A stretch of 64,000 nt of DNA from Spirochaetota bacterium. Lineage in GTDB: Bacteria > Spirochaetota > UBA12135 > COTS27 > CAXSBA01. Positions 19,941 to 30,354 of the stretch are shown one piece after another. Made by a program: the position numbers and the translations under genes. The stretch covers positions 906,411-970,410 of the forward strand of contig OZ245054.1 in the NCBI GenBank assembly GCA_965224715.1. The letters are read 5' to 3'. The notes under the pieces are model-generated. The model was not told where the DNA came from and did no database searches. It saw only the letters and a list, made by a program, of their open reading frames with translations. Each line of letters begins with the position of its first letter. Position 1 is the stretch's first letter.

Positions 19941-21359
19941 ATGAAAGGCTTGAAATCAAAAAAGAATCTTAATTTAAATAAGTCCTATGATGTATGTATT
20001 GTAGGAGCTGGGGTTGCAGGAACGGTTTTGGCAGCTTTACTATCACGTCTTAACTACCGGATTTTGATTATCGAAAAAAGTTTCAGAGAACAGGAAAAGA
20101 TTATTGGTGAACTTCTTCAGCCAGGAGGAGTGGAGTGTTTAAAAAGTATGGGACTTGGCTTTCTTCTCGAAGAAATTGATGCTCAAGAGGTTGAAGGCTA
20201 TACCCTTTTTCTTAAGGATGAGTTTATCTCTATACCTTATAATCAGGAGAATAATTTGCAAGCCTATGCCTTTAGGAATGTCAAATTTGTTACTCGAGCC
20301 AGACAATATATTAGTACGCTCCCTCAAGTTGATCTGATAGAAGGGAATGTCTGTGATGTCATTATTGAAAATAAAACAATTAAGGGAGTTGTTTATCAAT
20401 ACCAAAATAGAACCATGCATGCCCATGCTAATCTTACCTTTGTCTGTGAAGGGGCGATGCCTAAACTGAAATTAAAAAAAAATCTGGCTTGTGAGAGTAG
20501 AAAAAAGAGCAGTTATTTTGTTGGAACATTGTTGACCGATTGTGAACTTCCAGTAGCTAAAAATGGACATGTCATTTTAACTGGAGAATATCCTATCCTT
20601 ATTTATCCAATTTCTTCTAGTGAGACACGAATTTTAATCGATTTCCCAAAAACTCCTAAAATGGGTCAACAGATGCGAGATCACCTAAAGAGCCAAATCC
20701 GCCCCCATTTACCCGAAACCGTTCTGTCAGCTTTTGATAAAGCTGTGGATAAAGGTAAATTTATAGGAATGCCTAACCAGAATCTTCGTACTTATCCACT
20801 TAAGAATAAGAAAAATGTGGTATTAATAGGTGATAGTTTTAATATGAGGCATCCTCTTACTGGTGGGGGGATGTCGGCAGTATTCAATGATATTAGGAAT
20901 ATTTTTACCTTGATAGCTGGATATTCTGATTTAAGCGATCAAAATAATATTGATAGAATCATAGCTCGTTATTATGACATTAGAGTTCGGGATGTAGCTA
21001 ATATTAATATTCTAGCGGATTCTCTTTATCGAGCTACCCTTGATCCCTATCTTAAAATAGCTAGCTTTAATTATTTAAAACAAGGTAACCATGATGCTAT
21101 CCGAATTTTGGCTGGGATTGATAAAAGTAAATTCAATTTAGTTAAACACTTTGCTAATGTTGTCTCAAATGGAATAAATAAACTTCAGCTTAATAATAGA
21201 AAGAAGATTCAACTACTAGCCAAAGCAAGTGGGATAGTTATCCCGCTTCTTCTACAAGAGGGGAACACAAAGTTTCATAGATGGGGCAAACAATTATTGG
21301 ATAGATTTTTCCCTCCTCACATTAATGCAAAAGCATCTACCCAAAAAAATTCCCCCTGA
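19941..21359 (+). CDS. Squalene monooxygenase (squalene epoxidase, ERG1/SQLE-like, FAD-dependent)
   Basis: YDVCIVGAGVAGTVLAALLS (GxGxxG), IGELLQPGGVECLKSMGL, EIDAQEVEGYTLF and GDSFNMRHPLTGGGMSAVFNDI all parallel eukaryotic SQLE motifs. Confidence 0.8.
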   Translation: MKGLKSKKNLNLNKSYDVCIVGAGVAGTVLAALLSRLNYRILIIEKSFREQEKIIGELLQPGGVECLKSMGLGFLLEEIDAQEVEGYTLFLKDEFISIPYNQENNLQAYAFRNVKFVTRARQYISTLPQVDLIEGNVCDVIIENKTIKGVVYQYQNRTMHAHANLTFVCEGAMPKLKLKKNLACESRKKSSYFVGTLLTDCELPVAKNGHVILTGEYPILIYPISSSETRILIDFPKTPKMGQQMRDHLKSQIRPHLPETVLSAFDKAVDKGKFIGMPNQNLRTYPLKNKKNVVLIGDSFNMRHPLTGGGMSAVFNDIRNIFTLIAGYSDLSDQNNIDRIIARYYDIRVRDVANINILADSLYRATLDPYLKIASFNYLKQGNHDAIRILAGIDKSKFNLVKHFANVVSNGINKLQLNNRKKIQLLAKASGIVIPLLLQEGNTKFHRWGKQLLDRFFPPHINAKASTQKNSP

Positions 21360-23598
21360 ACTTTTCATTAAGAGTTGGAAGTTATTTACTGAAAATGGTC
21401 GTCAATATTGGCGGTATTTACCGACTCAAGATCTTCGTTCTGTATTCAAGAAAAAACGACTTCAAGAAGAAGAAAAATTAAAAGCTCTTTCTCAAGCATT
21501 TGTATATGATAAACATAAATTGCATCATGCTTGTGATTTAGTCTTTCGAAAGTCAAGAAAATTCCACTATCAAACGAAACTCCGTCATCGTTTTCTCTCA
21601 AAAAAATCATCAAATAAGGATTCTGATCATTTAACTAATTTAGTGACGGACTCATTGGTGAGGGGATGGGATTATTTTACATCATTACAAACACAAGAAG
21701 GTCATTTCCCTGGGGACTATGGAGGACCGCTTTTTCTTATGTCTAATTTAGCTCTTCTCTCTTTCACCACCAGCTTTGATTTGGGAAAGCCTCAGGTTAC
21801 CTTGATGAAACGTTATATCTTTAACCATCAAAATCCTGATGGAGGGTGGGGTCTTCATATTGAAGGAGAATCGATCATGTTTACTACCGTAGTTAATTAC
21901 ATTACACTCCGGCTTTGGGGGGAAGATCCTTCTAAGTTAGAGGATGCCCGAAAATGGATCAGGAAGAATGGGGGAGCGGGAGATATCCCCTCATGGGGAA
22001 AATATTTTCTAGCTATGGTGGGGTTATATGAATGGAAAGGCATTGATTCCCTTTCTCCAGAAAGCTGGCTTTTTCCCCGATCTTTTATTTTTTCTCCTTA
22101 TCGTTTATGGTGTCATGCCCGGATGGTTTATCTTCCTCTAAGTTATCTTTATGGGATTCGTTTTAAGCCGAGTAAGAAACAATTATCGATGCCGATCATC
22201 TCTCAGCTTAAAAAGGAAATTTATCTTGAAAACTATGACAGTATAAATTGGATAAAGTTAAGAAAACGATGTTGTCCTCGGGATGAATATTTTCCGGTTT
22301 CTAAAAGGTTTAAGTTATTATCTATGGTTTTGAATTTTTATGAAAAAATTCATCTCTCTTTTTTTCGCAAGAAAGCATTATTGATAATAAGCAAATATAT
22401 CGATAGTGAGGATATCCAAACGGACTTTATCAACATCGGCCCTATCAGTAAGGTGTATAATGCTTTGGTGATTTATTATCGTCTACAGAATGATCCCGCT
22501 AACCCTAAATTGCAACAGTCATGGAAAAGACATTGTGAAAGGATCCAAGATTATCTTTGGGTAGCTGAAGATGGCATGAAGATGAATGGATATAATGGCT
22601 CCCAGTTTTGGGATACCCTATTTACTGGGAAAGCTCTACTTGCCTTACCTAGGAATTTAAAAAAGTATTACCGTAAACCCATGAAACAAATTCAAAGGTT
22701 TTTAAATAATCATAGGCTTGATGAAGGGGGCTGGCCCTTTTCGACGAGACAGCATTCTTGGCCAATTTCAGATTGTAGTGCTGAGGGAGTGATTTATAGT
22801 TTGGCTTTTCATAGGCGAGGCGATATAGATGATTACTCTAGACTTACTAAAAGTGTTAATTTTATATTGGGATTACAAAATCCTGATGGAGGCTGGCCTT
22901 CTTATGAAGTGCAAGGTGGACCTGCTTGGTTAGAATGCCTCAATTCTTCCATGATTTTTGGAGATATTATGGTTGATTATTCTTATGTGGAATGTACTTC
23001 ATCAAATATCCAGGCCTTGGAAAAATTTCATAACTTTTACCCTGATTATCGGAATAAGGAAATTTGTTGTGCGTTAGACAGAGGAAGACAATTTATTATC
23101 TCTAAACAAAAACCCGATGGATCCTGGTATGGGTCATGGGGGATATGCTTTACTTATGGAATTTTTTTTGCGGTAAAAGGTTTAATCGGATTAGACAAAC
23201 CTGCAAGTCGAAAGGCTCTTGTAAGTTCAGCTAAATTTCTATTGAAAAATAGAAATTCTGACGGTAGTTGGGGAGAGTCTTACCTTTCCTCAAGTAAAAA
23301 GATTTATCACAGTACTTCCGGTCAAGCTGTACATACCGCATGGGCAACTCTTTCTCTTCTTCCTCTTATTGAAAAGGGTATCTGTGATGAGTCTTTAATA
23401 CTTGATGAACTTAAAGCTGCAGTAAAAAAGGGGATCGGTTTTCTTATAAATATTCAAAAGAGTGATGGGGATTGGCCACAACCCCATATTACCGGCGTTT
23501 TTAATCAAAACTGTATGATCACTTATACTAACTATCGGAATATTTTTCCTTTATGGGCTTTGGGAGTTTTTCTTGATAGATCAAGTAAGTTTTCATAG
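21325..23598 (+). CDS. Oxidosqualene cyclase (lanosterol/cycloartenol synthase-type triterpene cyclase)
   Basis: 757 aa. GRQYWRY near the N-terminus. MKMNGYNGSQFWDTLF (cf. LSS MKMQGTNGSQIWDTAF). ISDCSAEG (the OSC DCTAE catalytic Asp motif, not the SHC DxDDTA). QW repeats QNPDGGWG, QNPDGGWP, KQKPDGSWYGSWG, NRNSDGSWGES. ATG start overlaps the SQE stop by 35 nt. Confidence 0.85.
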   Translation: MQKHLPKKIPPELFIKSWKLFTENGRQYWRYLPTQDLRSVFKKKRLQEEEKLKALSQAFVYDKHKLHHACDLVFRKSRKFHYQTKLRHRFLSKKSSNKDSDHLTNLVTDSLVRGWDYFTSLQTQEGHFPGDYGGPLFLMSNLALLSFTTSFDLGKPQVTLMKRYIFNHQNPDGGWGLHIEGESIMFTTVVNYITLRLWGEDPSKLEDARKWIRKNGGAGDIPSWGKYFLAMVGLYEWKGIDSLSPESWLFPRSFIFSPYRLWCHARMVYLPLSYLYGIRFKPSKKQLSMPIISQLKKEIYLENYDSINWIKLRKRCCPRDEYFPVSKRFKLLSMVLNFYEKIHLSFFRKKALLIISKYIDSEDIQTDFINIGPISKVYNALVIYYRLQNDPANPKLQQSWKRHCERIQDYLWVAEDGMKMNGYNGSQFWDTLFTGKALLALPRNLKKYYRKPMKQIQRFLNNHRLDEGGWPFSTRQHSWPISDCSAEGVIYSLAFHRRGDIDDYSRLTKSVNFILGLQNPDGGWPSYEVQGGPAWLECLNSSMIFGDIMVDYSYVECTSSNIQALEKFHNFYPDYRNKEICCALDRGRQFIISKQKPDGSWYGSWGICFTYGIFFAVKGLIGLDKPASRKALVSSAKFLLKNRNSDGSWGESYLSSSKKIYHSTSGQAVHTAWATLSLLPLIEKGICDESLILDELKAAVKKGIGFLINIQKSDGDWPQPHITGVFNQNCMITYTNYRNIFPLWALGVFLDRSSKFS

Positions 23599-23631
23599 AT
23601 CAATTTTTAACCTTCTATATTATTTTTAAAT

Positions 23632-24480
23632 TTGGGTTTTCCTTACCAATTTATGACCTGTAAGGATAATCTCAGAAGCTTTGTTCAAAAAGATTTCGTT
23701 AAACAAAATCAATTTTATCCGAAAATAGAATTGAGAAATTATAATAGTCAAAAAATGCCTACATTTTTAAAAATCTGTGTTCCATTTATTATTTTACTTC
23801 TATTCCATTTTTTTTATTTAAATGGTAAGAAACTAATGAAAGATCAGGATATTTATCGATTGAAAAAAGTTTCTTTCATCGGAGTAGAGGACTCTGATCC
23901 CTATGAGATTATAGAAGGATTAGGTTTAGAAAAAGGGATCAATCTTCTTTTTCTTGATACTGAAGAACTTACTCAAAAGATTAAGGCCATACCCCGCTAT
24001 CGAGATGCTGAAGTGATCTTACAATATCCCGATACCCTGATTTTGAAATTAGAGGAGAAAAGAACGGAGTATATTGTTAAAGTTAATGGAATGATGTATT
24101 CTGTGGATGCTTCTGGTGAAGTTACAGAGAGAAGTCATGAGATCAAGAATTATGATTTTTTTTTTATTGAAGCTACTGACTTTCAAAATTTACAAGAAGT
24201 ATTGTCAAATAACAAATTTGAGAAGTTTATTCGATTGGCTCAAGATGTTCCTGGTAATGAAAAGAATATATTTCAATTATTTTCGGGAGTTGAGTTTAGT
24301 CGTTTCAATAAGGACTGGATTCTCCATGGACATAGCCGGGAAGTGAAGTTTAATATGGGAAAGGATCTTTCGTTGGATAAATTAAGGAAAACTCTTTATG
24401 CTTATATGTATGGGAAATATAAGGAAATTCCCGTCAAAAACGTATTTATTACAGAAGATTTGGTATATTTTAACCAATAA
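23632..24480 (+). CDS. ftsQ: Cell division protein FtsQ/DivIB (POTRA domain). The ORF-track start is TTG; the likely true start is ATG at 23758 (MPTFLKICVPF...)
   Basis: Single TM helix followed by a POTRA-like region (KVSFIGVEDSDPYEIIEGLGLEKGINLLFLDTEELTQKIKAIPRYRDAEVILQYPDTLILKLEEK). Positioned immediately before ftsA-ftsZ. Confidence 0.6.
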   Translation: MGFPYQFMTCKDNLRSFVQKDFVKQNQFYPKIELRNYNSQKMPTFLKICVPFIILLLFHFFYLNGKKLMKDQDIYRLKKVSFIGVEDSDPYEIIEGLGLEKGINLLFLDTEELTQKIKAIPRYRDAEVILQYPDTLILKLEEKRTEYIVKVNGMMYSVDASGEVTERSHEIKNYDFFFIEATDFQNLQEVLSNNKFEKFIRLAQDVPGNEKNIFQLFSGVEFSRFNKDWILHGHSREVKFNMGKDLSLDKLRKTLYAYMYGKYKEIPVKNVFITEDLVYFNQ

Positions 24481-24553
24481 AGCCATATTTTTAGAAAATA
24501 TAGCTTTATTGGTGTCTTTTTTATTTTATAATAAAGAATCAAACTAATGGAAA

Positions 24554-25801
24554 ATGAATTCATTGTCAACTATTAACGTTATTGATATTGGCAGTAGTAA
24601 GGTTCAGTGTTTGATCACTCAGCCTAATCTTGATAACGGAGAACTGGAAGTCATTGGTTATGCTCACCAGGAGTCTTCTATCCACTTACTCAATCAAGGG
24701 AATATTATTAATATCGATAAAACGGCTAAAATAATTCGTGAAGTAGTGGCTAGTGCTGAAATGATGGCGGGAGTAGAAGTAGGGGATATTTTTACTAACA
24801 TTCCTGGGATTCTTTGTCATGGGATAAGTTCCCATGGTCTCATTACAGTTACCCCTAAGGAAGGAGGGGAGAAAAAAGTTGCTTTGTCCGATTTGGAAAG
24901 AGTGATAGATATTGCAGAGTCCACTCCTATTCCTCGTGATCACATCATTATTCATAGTGTGCCAGTTGAGTTCAAAGTTGATGGGATTAGAGTGGAAGAA
25001 GATCCTTTGGGTATGGTTGGAATGCGTTTGGAGACACAGGTTTATCTTCTTACCTGTCCTAAAGGAACCTTAGATAATCTTCATAAGGTTGTGCAAACTG
25101 CAGGGTATGAACTGCGCGATATTATGTCAGAAAGTATTACTTTTGTTGAGACGGTTTTGTCAGAGGAAGAGAAAAAGCTTGGTAGTTTGGTGATCGATAT
25201 TGGCAGTCAGTTTACTAATGCTGTACTTTATTCTGAAAATGGGGTGCATTTATCTTTTGCAATTCCTTTGGGGGGAGATAGTCTTACTAGGGACTTATCA
25301 GTTGGAATCAATACCGGTTTAACGGAAGCTGAGGAAATTAAAAAGCAACATGGGGTACTAGATTATAAAATGGTGGATGAAGACAAGATGATTACAGTTA
25401 AGTTGATCGCATACCAGAAAAAGACTCATATCTCTCAGCGAGCGGTTTTTCAGATTATTGAAGCCAGAATGATTGAAATATTAGATCTTATTAAGAAGGA
25501 GCTTAAAAGCCGTCAGGCAACTTTTCCAGTAGGCTGTGGTATTGTCGTTACTGGAGGTGGTGCAATGATGCCCGGTATAGATACTATTGTGCGAAATGCT
25601 TTTAATCTATCAGTTCGAGTTGGATATCCTTTGGGAGTGAAGGGATTGGACTCCCAAATGATTAGTCCAAATTACTCTACATCATTGGGTATGGCTCATA
25701 TAGTTAGTTCCAGAGATACGATGCCTGGGAAAGGTAAAATTTCTATAAAAGATGGAATATTAAAAAGAATTGAAAGTTCAATAAAAAATTTTTTTACATA
25801 G
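24554..25801 (+). CDS. ftsA: Cell division protein FtsA
   Basis: Actin-like ATPase: VIDIGSSKVQCLI...LVIDIGSQFTNAVLY...GIVVTGGGAMMPG. Directly precedes ftsZ. Confidence 0.85.
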   Translation: MNSLSTINVIDIGSSKVQCLITQPNLDNGELEVIGYAHQESSIHLLNQGNIINIDKTAKIIREVVASAEMMAGVEVGDIFTNIPGILCHGISSHGLITVTPKEGGEKKVALSDLERVIDIAESTPIPRDHIIIHSVPVEFKVDGIRVEEDPLGMVGMRLETQVYLLTCPKGTLDNLHKVVQTAGYELRDIMSESITFVETVLSEEEKKLGSLVIDIGSQFTNAVLYSENGVHLSFAIPLGGDSLTRDLSVGINTGLTEAEEIKKQHGVLDYKMVDEDKMITVKLIAYQKKTHISQRAVFQIIEARMIEILDLIKKELKSRQATFPVGCGIVVTGGGAMMPGIDTIVRNAFNLSVRVGYPLGVKGLDSQMISPNYSTSLGMAHIVSSRDTMPGKGKISIKDGILKRIESSIKNFFT

Positions 25802-25844
25802 TTAAAATATAAGTTAAATTAAGACAGTTTTATAGGGAGGGTCT

Positions 25845-27236
25845 ATGTCTTTTCAAATTTTAGAAAACGAACAAGGGAATAACAATCAAAGTCCCACTAT
25901 CATAAAAGTGGTTGGAGTTGGTGGGGGTGGCTGTAATGCCATCAACCGAATGATTGAAAATGGAATGAGTGGAGTGGAGTTTGTTGCGATCAACTCTGAT
26001 CTTCAAGCTCTAGCTCATTCCAAAGCCAAGACTAAACTTCAAATTGGGGTCAAAACCACTAGAGGATTAGGTGCCGGCGCTAATCCCGATGTTGGTTATT
26101 TAGCTGCAGAGGAACAGGAAAGTGATATTTTGGATATTCTTAAAGGGGCTCATATGGTATTCATCACTGCTGGTATGGGTGGAGGTACAGGAACTGGAGC
26201 GGCTCCGGTGGTGGCTAAATTAGCCAAGAGTTTGGATGCTCTTACAGTAGCAGTGGTTACTAAACCTTTTCTTTTTGAAAAAAAGAAAAGAATGGATCAT
26301 GCTATGTCTGGCATTGCTTCCCTTAGGGAGAATGTGGATACCATCATTGTGATCCCCAATCAAAATTTGCTTAATATTAATGATAAAAACATGTCCATTG
26401 GAGAGTCCTTTAGAATGGCGGACACTATTCTTATGGATGGGGTTCGGGGGATTACTGATCTAGTGGTAAATTCCGGTTTTATCAATGTTGATTTTGCCGA
26501 TGTTCGTACCGTGATGGAGAACCAAGGTAACGCAGTGATGTGTTCGAAAGTTTTTGATTCCCGCTTGCCGGCAGAGGAAGTGGTTAAAGAAATAGCTCAT
26601 AACCCCCTTATCGAAGGTGGAAATATTCAAGGAGCTAAGGGTCTTCTTATGAATTTAATTCATGGAAAAGATACACCTATTCAAGATGCTGTAAAGATTA
26701 TTGATTCTATCAGTAAACTCCTCGATTCTGAGGCAGCTTGTATTCATGGCTTTTTCTGTGATCCTAAATTAGAACGTGATATTAAAATCACTATCATTGC
26801 GACTGGGTTCATCTCAAATTTGGACCAGGAAGGGAGACTTGAAGAAAAAAATGAATCTATAATCTCCCAAGAAAGTTCTTCTAGAGCCAAGAGTTCTTCT
26901 GGGAATAATATTTCACAAGATTCAGACCAAAGTGAAAGTGTAAAAAGTATTTTGGAACAGCAGCCAGTAAACTTTAATACTGATAACGATCAAGAAGATC
27001 CCTTAGAGTGGGAGAAACGAAGAGTTTATACTTATGCTGCTAATCCTAACGCACCTACTCAAAACCTAAATGCCTCTTTGGTTAATCAAGCTGGCTATCA
27101 ACGTCATGCTCATTCGACTATAGAAGAACCGGTACATAAATTTGAAGAGTTAAATCAACAAACAATATCAGGTTATGATAAGGATGATCTCAGCATACCG
27201 ACTTTTATGCGATTAGGTAGGAAGATAGATTATTAA
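25845..27236 (+). CDS. ftsZ: Cell division GTPase FtsZ
   Basis: [17 protein letters not shown]...[19 protein letters not shown] (tubulin signature GGGTGTG)...[11 protein letters not shown]. Confidence 0.9.
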   Translation: MSFQILENEQGNNNQSPTIIKVVGVGGGGCNAINRMIENGMSGVEFVAINSDLQALAHSKAKTKLQIGVKTTRGLGAGANPDVGYLAAEEQESDILDILKGAHMVFITAGMGGGTGTGAAPVVAKLAKSLDALTVAVVTKPFLFEKKKRMDHAMSGIASLRENVDTIIVIPNQNLLNINDKNMSIGESFRMADTILMDGVRGITDLVVNSGFINVDFADVRTVMENQGNAVMCSKVFDSRLPAEEVVKEIAHNPLIEGGNIQGAKGLLMNLIHGKDTPIQDAVKIIDSISKLLDSEAACIHGFFCDPKLERDIKITIIATGFISNLDQEGRLEEKNESIISQESSSRAKSSSGNNISQDSDQSESVKSILEQQPVNFNTDNDQEDPLEWEKRRVYTYAANPNAPTQNLNASLVNQAGYQRHAHSTIEEPVHKFEELNQQTISGYDKDDLSIPTFMRLGRKIDY

Positions 27237-27241
27237 TCCTT

Positions 27242-29308
27242 GTGCCTTCTTTTATTGATCTTCCCCAGAAAAAGGAGTTTTCCGAAACTATCAATGAAAT
27301 CATTGAGCTGCGAAGTAAACGAAAATATATTTTTGAGACGAATATCAATAACAACGCGACTCGCAAGAAAGCTTTAGGTATCCTTAAGGAGAGGCTAGAC
27401 TTTCTGCGTCAATCAGCTCGTGAATTATACTCGACTGTATCTTCTATCAATAATCGTGCTTTCTTTACTGAGGACCCAGACTTTATTAAGGGCGAAGTAA
27501 AGCCGAATGCTCCAGTGGGAGATTATGAAATTGAAATTTTGGAATTAGGTGATAAGCAACTCCTTATAAGTGATCCATTGCCTGATAAAATCATATTGCC
27601 AGAGAGTCAGATTGAAATTGAAATTAAAAATGAAAAAATCTTTTTTGACTTTCAAGGGGGAGACGCTAAGAGTTTTGTTCGAAATTTTAATGAAGCGTAT
27701 AAAGGATATTTTACAGCAAATTGGATTAGCAAATCTGAAGATGAAAGTTACTTTGTCGTTCAAGCCAACCAAATAGGTGAGGCCTATCGATTTAACCTTA
27801 GAAAAGATTCTAGTGAAGTATTTGCAGCACTTAAACTACTTAAAGCTAAACCTCCAATCATCAAAACATTTATTGATACCAAATCTTTAATTGAAATGGG
27901 GTGGGCTACCTATAAGAAAGAAAATATTGCGGGAGTGATTATTCCTCCTGGTGCTATTCCTGATCTCAGTTTTTCCAATCACATGGAAGTTGGCTCTACA
28001 GTACCCAACCAGGGCGTTGAACCGGGAGTGATGCCTTTAGATCTTACCGTGGACTTTATAGAAACCCAACATATTTTTTTTAAGATAGATATACTTTCCC
28101 CTCAATCACTTTTTGAAAATAACAAGGTTGAACCTGATCTAGGTCATGATAAAAGTAATGGGTTATCGATCAGCCATTTGAATGCAACGAATGAGATTTC
28201 TAAAATCTCAAATCAGCACTTGATTAAATCTAGTCAGGAAAAAATTATTCAGGAACTTAAAATTCAAAATGAGCCGATTATGGTTTTGGAATACTTTGCT
28301 GAAGGGGAGGAGCGAACTAAGACTTTTACTTGGAATAATGTTTACGATGACCGAATTTGGATAAACGATTCACGATTGGGTGCTGGGTTAGACAAGACCG
28401 TTGTATTTCGTTCCATTAAATTTATTAATGGCTCTGAATATCCTTATATTGCAGGGAAGTGGTTTCGTTCCCTTTATAATACAAATCAAGATAAGTATCT
28501 TCCGGTCAATGAGAAGTCCTCACCTTCAAAAGTGGAATTTCGGTTTTATTCCATTGATATGGAAAGAGAAAGTGCAATTGTGGATGATCTTATTGATGGG
28601 GTTATCCTTAATTTTTTAAAGGTTAAGGATGAGCCAGTTCGGTTTTCGATTCAAAACTATATTGAAGGATATAATCAGCAAATCAAAAATTTTGTTGGGC
28701 AATATAATTATACTTTAGACTTTATAAATTTGAGTTTGGCTCCAGGAAAAGAAGAGTTGGTATTAGATCAGATAGAGTCTGGGATGGAAGAAATGATCGG
28801 AGTTTTTGACTCTGAAACAAGTATTCAACGACTTAAAGATAAGATGAAGGAAATTCTTCAAAAGGGTTATCTTCTTAAAGAAAATGAACGAGAGGTTTAT
28901 CTTCAAGAAGTTGGCATTAAGGTATTCAATTCATTATCCAAACCTTATCATATCAATGCTTCAAAAATAGAATTGGATGAGGAACGACTTCAAGCCCAAC
29001 TTTTGAAGTACGGAGATGAAATTAAGAATCTTTTTCGTTATGACAAGAATAAGGATTATGTTCCCGATGATGGTTTTGCTTATTTGATGGATAAGCTATT
29101 AAGAGAATATTTGGCTCCTAACTCTATATTTACTTTGATGGAGAGGAGCTTGGATAAAGAGAAAGATTCCTTAGAGAAATCACTGGATGCGGAACAAAAA
29201 CGTATCAATAGTTATCGAGAAAAATTAGAAAGTGATTTTGCTAAAGTAAAGCAAGTCCGTGAACGTCAGAAACAGTTAGAAAAGTGGCTTAAAACAGCAG
29301 GGGAATAG
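27242..29308 (+). CDS. Hypothetical 688-aa protein immediately downstream of ftsZ
   Basis: Long ORF with a coiled-coil C-terminus (EKDSLEKSLDAEQKRINSYREKLESDFAKVKQVRERQKQLEKWLK). No recognisable family. Confidence 0.35.
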   Translation: MPSFIDLPQKKEFSETINEIIELRSKRKYIFETNINNNATRKKALGILKERLDFLRQSARELYSTVSSINNRAFFTEDPDFIKGEVKPNAPVGDYEIEILELGDKQLLISDPLPDKIILPESQIEIEIKNEKIFFDFQGGDAKSFVRNFNEAYKGYFTANWISKSEDESYFVVQANQIGEAYRFNLRKDSSEVFAALKLLKAKPPIIKTFIDTKSLIEMGWATYKKENIAGVIIPPGAIPDLSFSNHMEVGSTVPNQGVEPGVMPLDLTVDFIETQHIFFKIDILSPQSLFENNKVEPDLGHDKSNGLSISHLNATNEISKISNQHLIKSSQEKIIQELKIQNEPIMVLEYFAEGEERTKTFTWNNVYDDRIWINDSRLGAGLDKTVVFRSIKFINGSEYPYIAGKWFRSLYNTNQDKYLPVNEKSSPSKVEFRFYSIDMERESAIVDDLIDGVILNFLKVKDEPVRFSIQNYIEGYNQQIKNFVGQYNYTLDFINLSLAPGKEELVLDQIESGMEEMIGVFDSETSIQRLKDKMKEILQKGYLLKENEREVYLQEVGIKVFNSLSKPYHINASKIELDEERLQAQLLKYGDEIKNLFRYDKNKDYVPDDGFAYLMDKLLREYLAPNSIFTLMERSLDKEKDSLEKSLDAEQKRINSYREKLESDFAKVKQVRERQKQLEKWLKTAGE

Positions 29309-29349
29309 AATTGTTATGACAATAGGATACAATTTTACTATTTGAGCAA

Positions 29350-30336
29350 ATGAAAATTTTCTTAAACGATCGTGAGATTGACTTTGAGCTCAAAGGCGAG
29401 AAGACACTGGGACAAGTTTTGGCTAGTTTAAAAACATGGGTACAAAAACAAAAGTATTTTCTTGGAGAAGTTAGGGTAAATCATGAAATTATTGATATAG
29501 AAAGTAAAGTTATTGAGAAAAGGTTATTAAGCGAGGTGACAACTCTTCATTGTACGGTTCTTTCAGCAGTTGCCTATGCGGTTTCTGTATGGTCTGAGTT
29601 GAGTCTTCATTTTAAACCGTTTAAATTAATCACCTCTGAATCAGTTATAGAGAATATGGAGGACATCAGTGGACGTTTGGAATGGATAAAAAAAATTATC
29701 GCTAAGTTAGATAACTTTTTTGACACACCGAAAGAAAATCAACCCTTGATTCAAAATGTTAAAGCTCTAGAAGTGATGCTGTTTCAACTTAAAACCCAGC
29801 CAGAAAAAATTGAAAAGATAAAGAATTTACTTGAGTTGATTGATCGTGATCTTGAACAGGGACTCTTTAAATTAAATTTAAAGATACTAAAGTCAGGACT
29901 TAAAGAAGATCTTTCTTCAGTTCGGAATAGTCTTGAAAATTATTCGGTTTTCTTAGAGCTTTTAGAAGAGAAACTTCTTATGACCGCAACCGCGTTTCAG
30001 AAATCTCATTTAAAGTCAGCTTTAGAAGATATTCCATTGATTGTTGAAGGCTTAAGTGTTTACTATATACTTGAACAACAACTTGATCAATTAAGTGATA
30101 ATTATCATTCAATTAAAGAGATGGAAAAGGCATCTCGAAATAAGTTAGCAGAATCATTGAAGGGCTTTTTACATGGAATGGAAGAGTCAATCAAAAACCA
30201 AGACTATATCGATACGGCCGACATCATTGAATATGAAGTTAAAGAAATGCTTCCTGCTATCAAGGAGGTGTTGGAAAATATTTGTTGTGAAATAGATCAG
30301 ACCCAAACCGATCAAGTGGTAGGGGCAACTGATTGA
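29350..30336 (+). CDS. Hypothetical 328-aa helical protein
   Basis: ORF with coding-like composition; no motif recognised. Confidence 0.3.
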   Translation: MKIFLNDREIDFELKGEKTLGQVLASLKTWVQKQKYFLGEVRVNHEIIDIESKVIEKRLLSEVTTLHCTVLSAVAYAVSVWSELSLHFKPFKLITSESVIENMEDISGRLEWIKKIIAKLDNFFDTPKENQPLIQNVKALEVMLFQLKTQPEKIEKIKNLLELIDRDLEQGLFKLNLKILKSGLKEDLSSVRNSLENYSVFLELLEEKLLMTATAFQKSHLKSALEDIPLIVEGLSVYYILEQQLDQLSDNYHSIKEMEKASRNKLAESLKGFLHGMEESIKNQDYIDTADIIEYEVKEMLPAIKEVLENICCEIDQTQTDQVVGATD

Positions 30337-30354
30337 TTCATATTTAGCTTACCT

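Noticed and set aside
21325-23598. Initial impression that the 757-aa triterpene cyclase is a squalene-hopene cyclase (hopanoid synthesis)
   Set aside because: The catalytic motif is ISDCSAEG (OSC DCTAE type), not DxDDTA. The LSS-specific MKMxGxNGSQxWDT block is present, the length fits OSC, and a squalene epoxidase is translationally coupled upstream.
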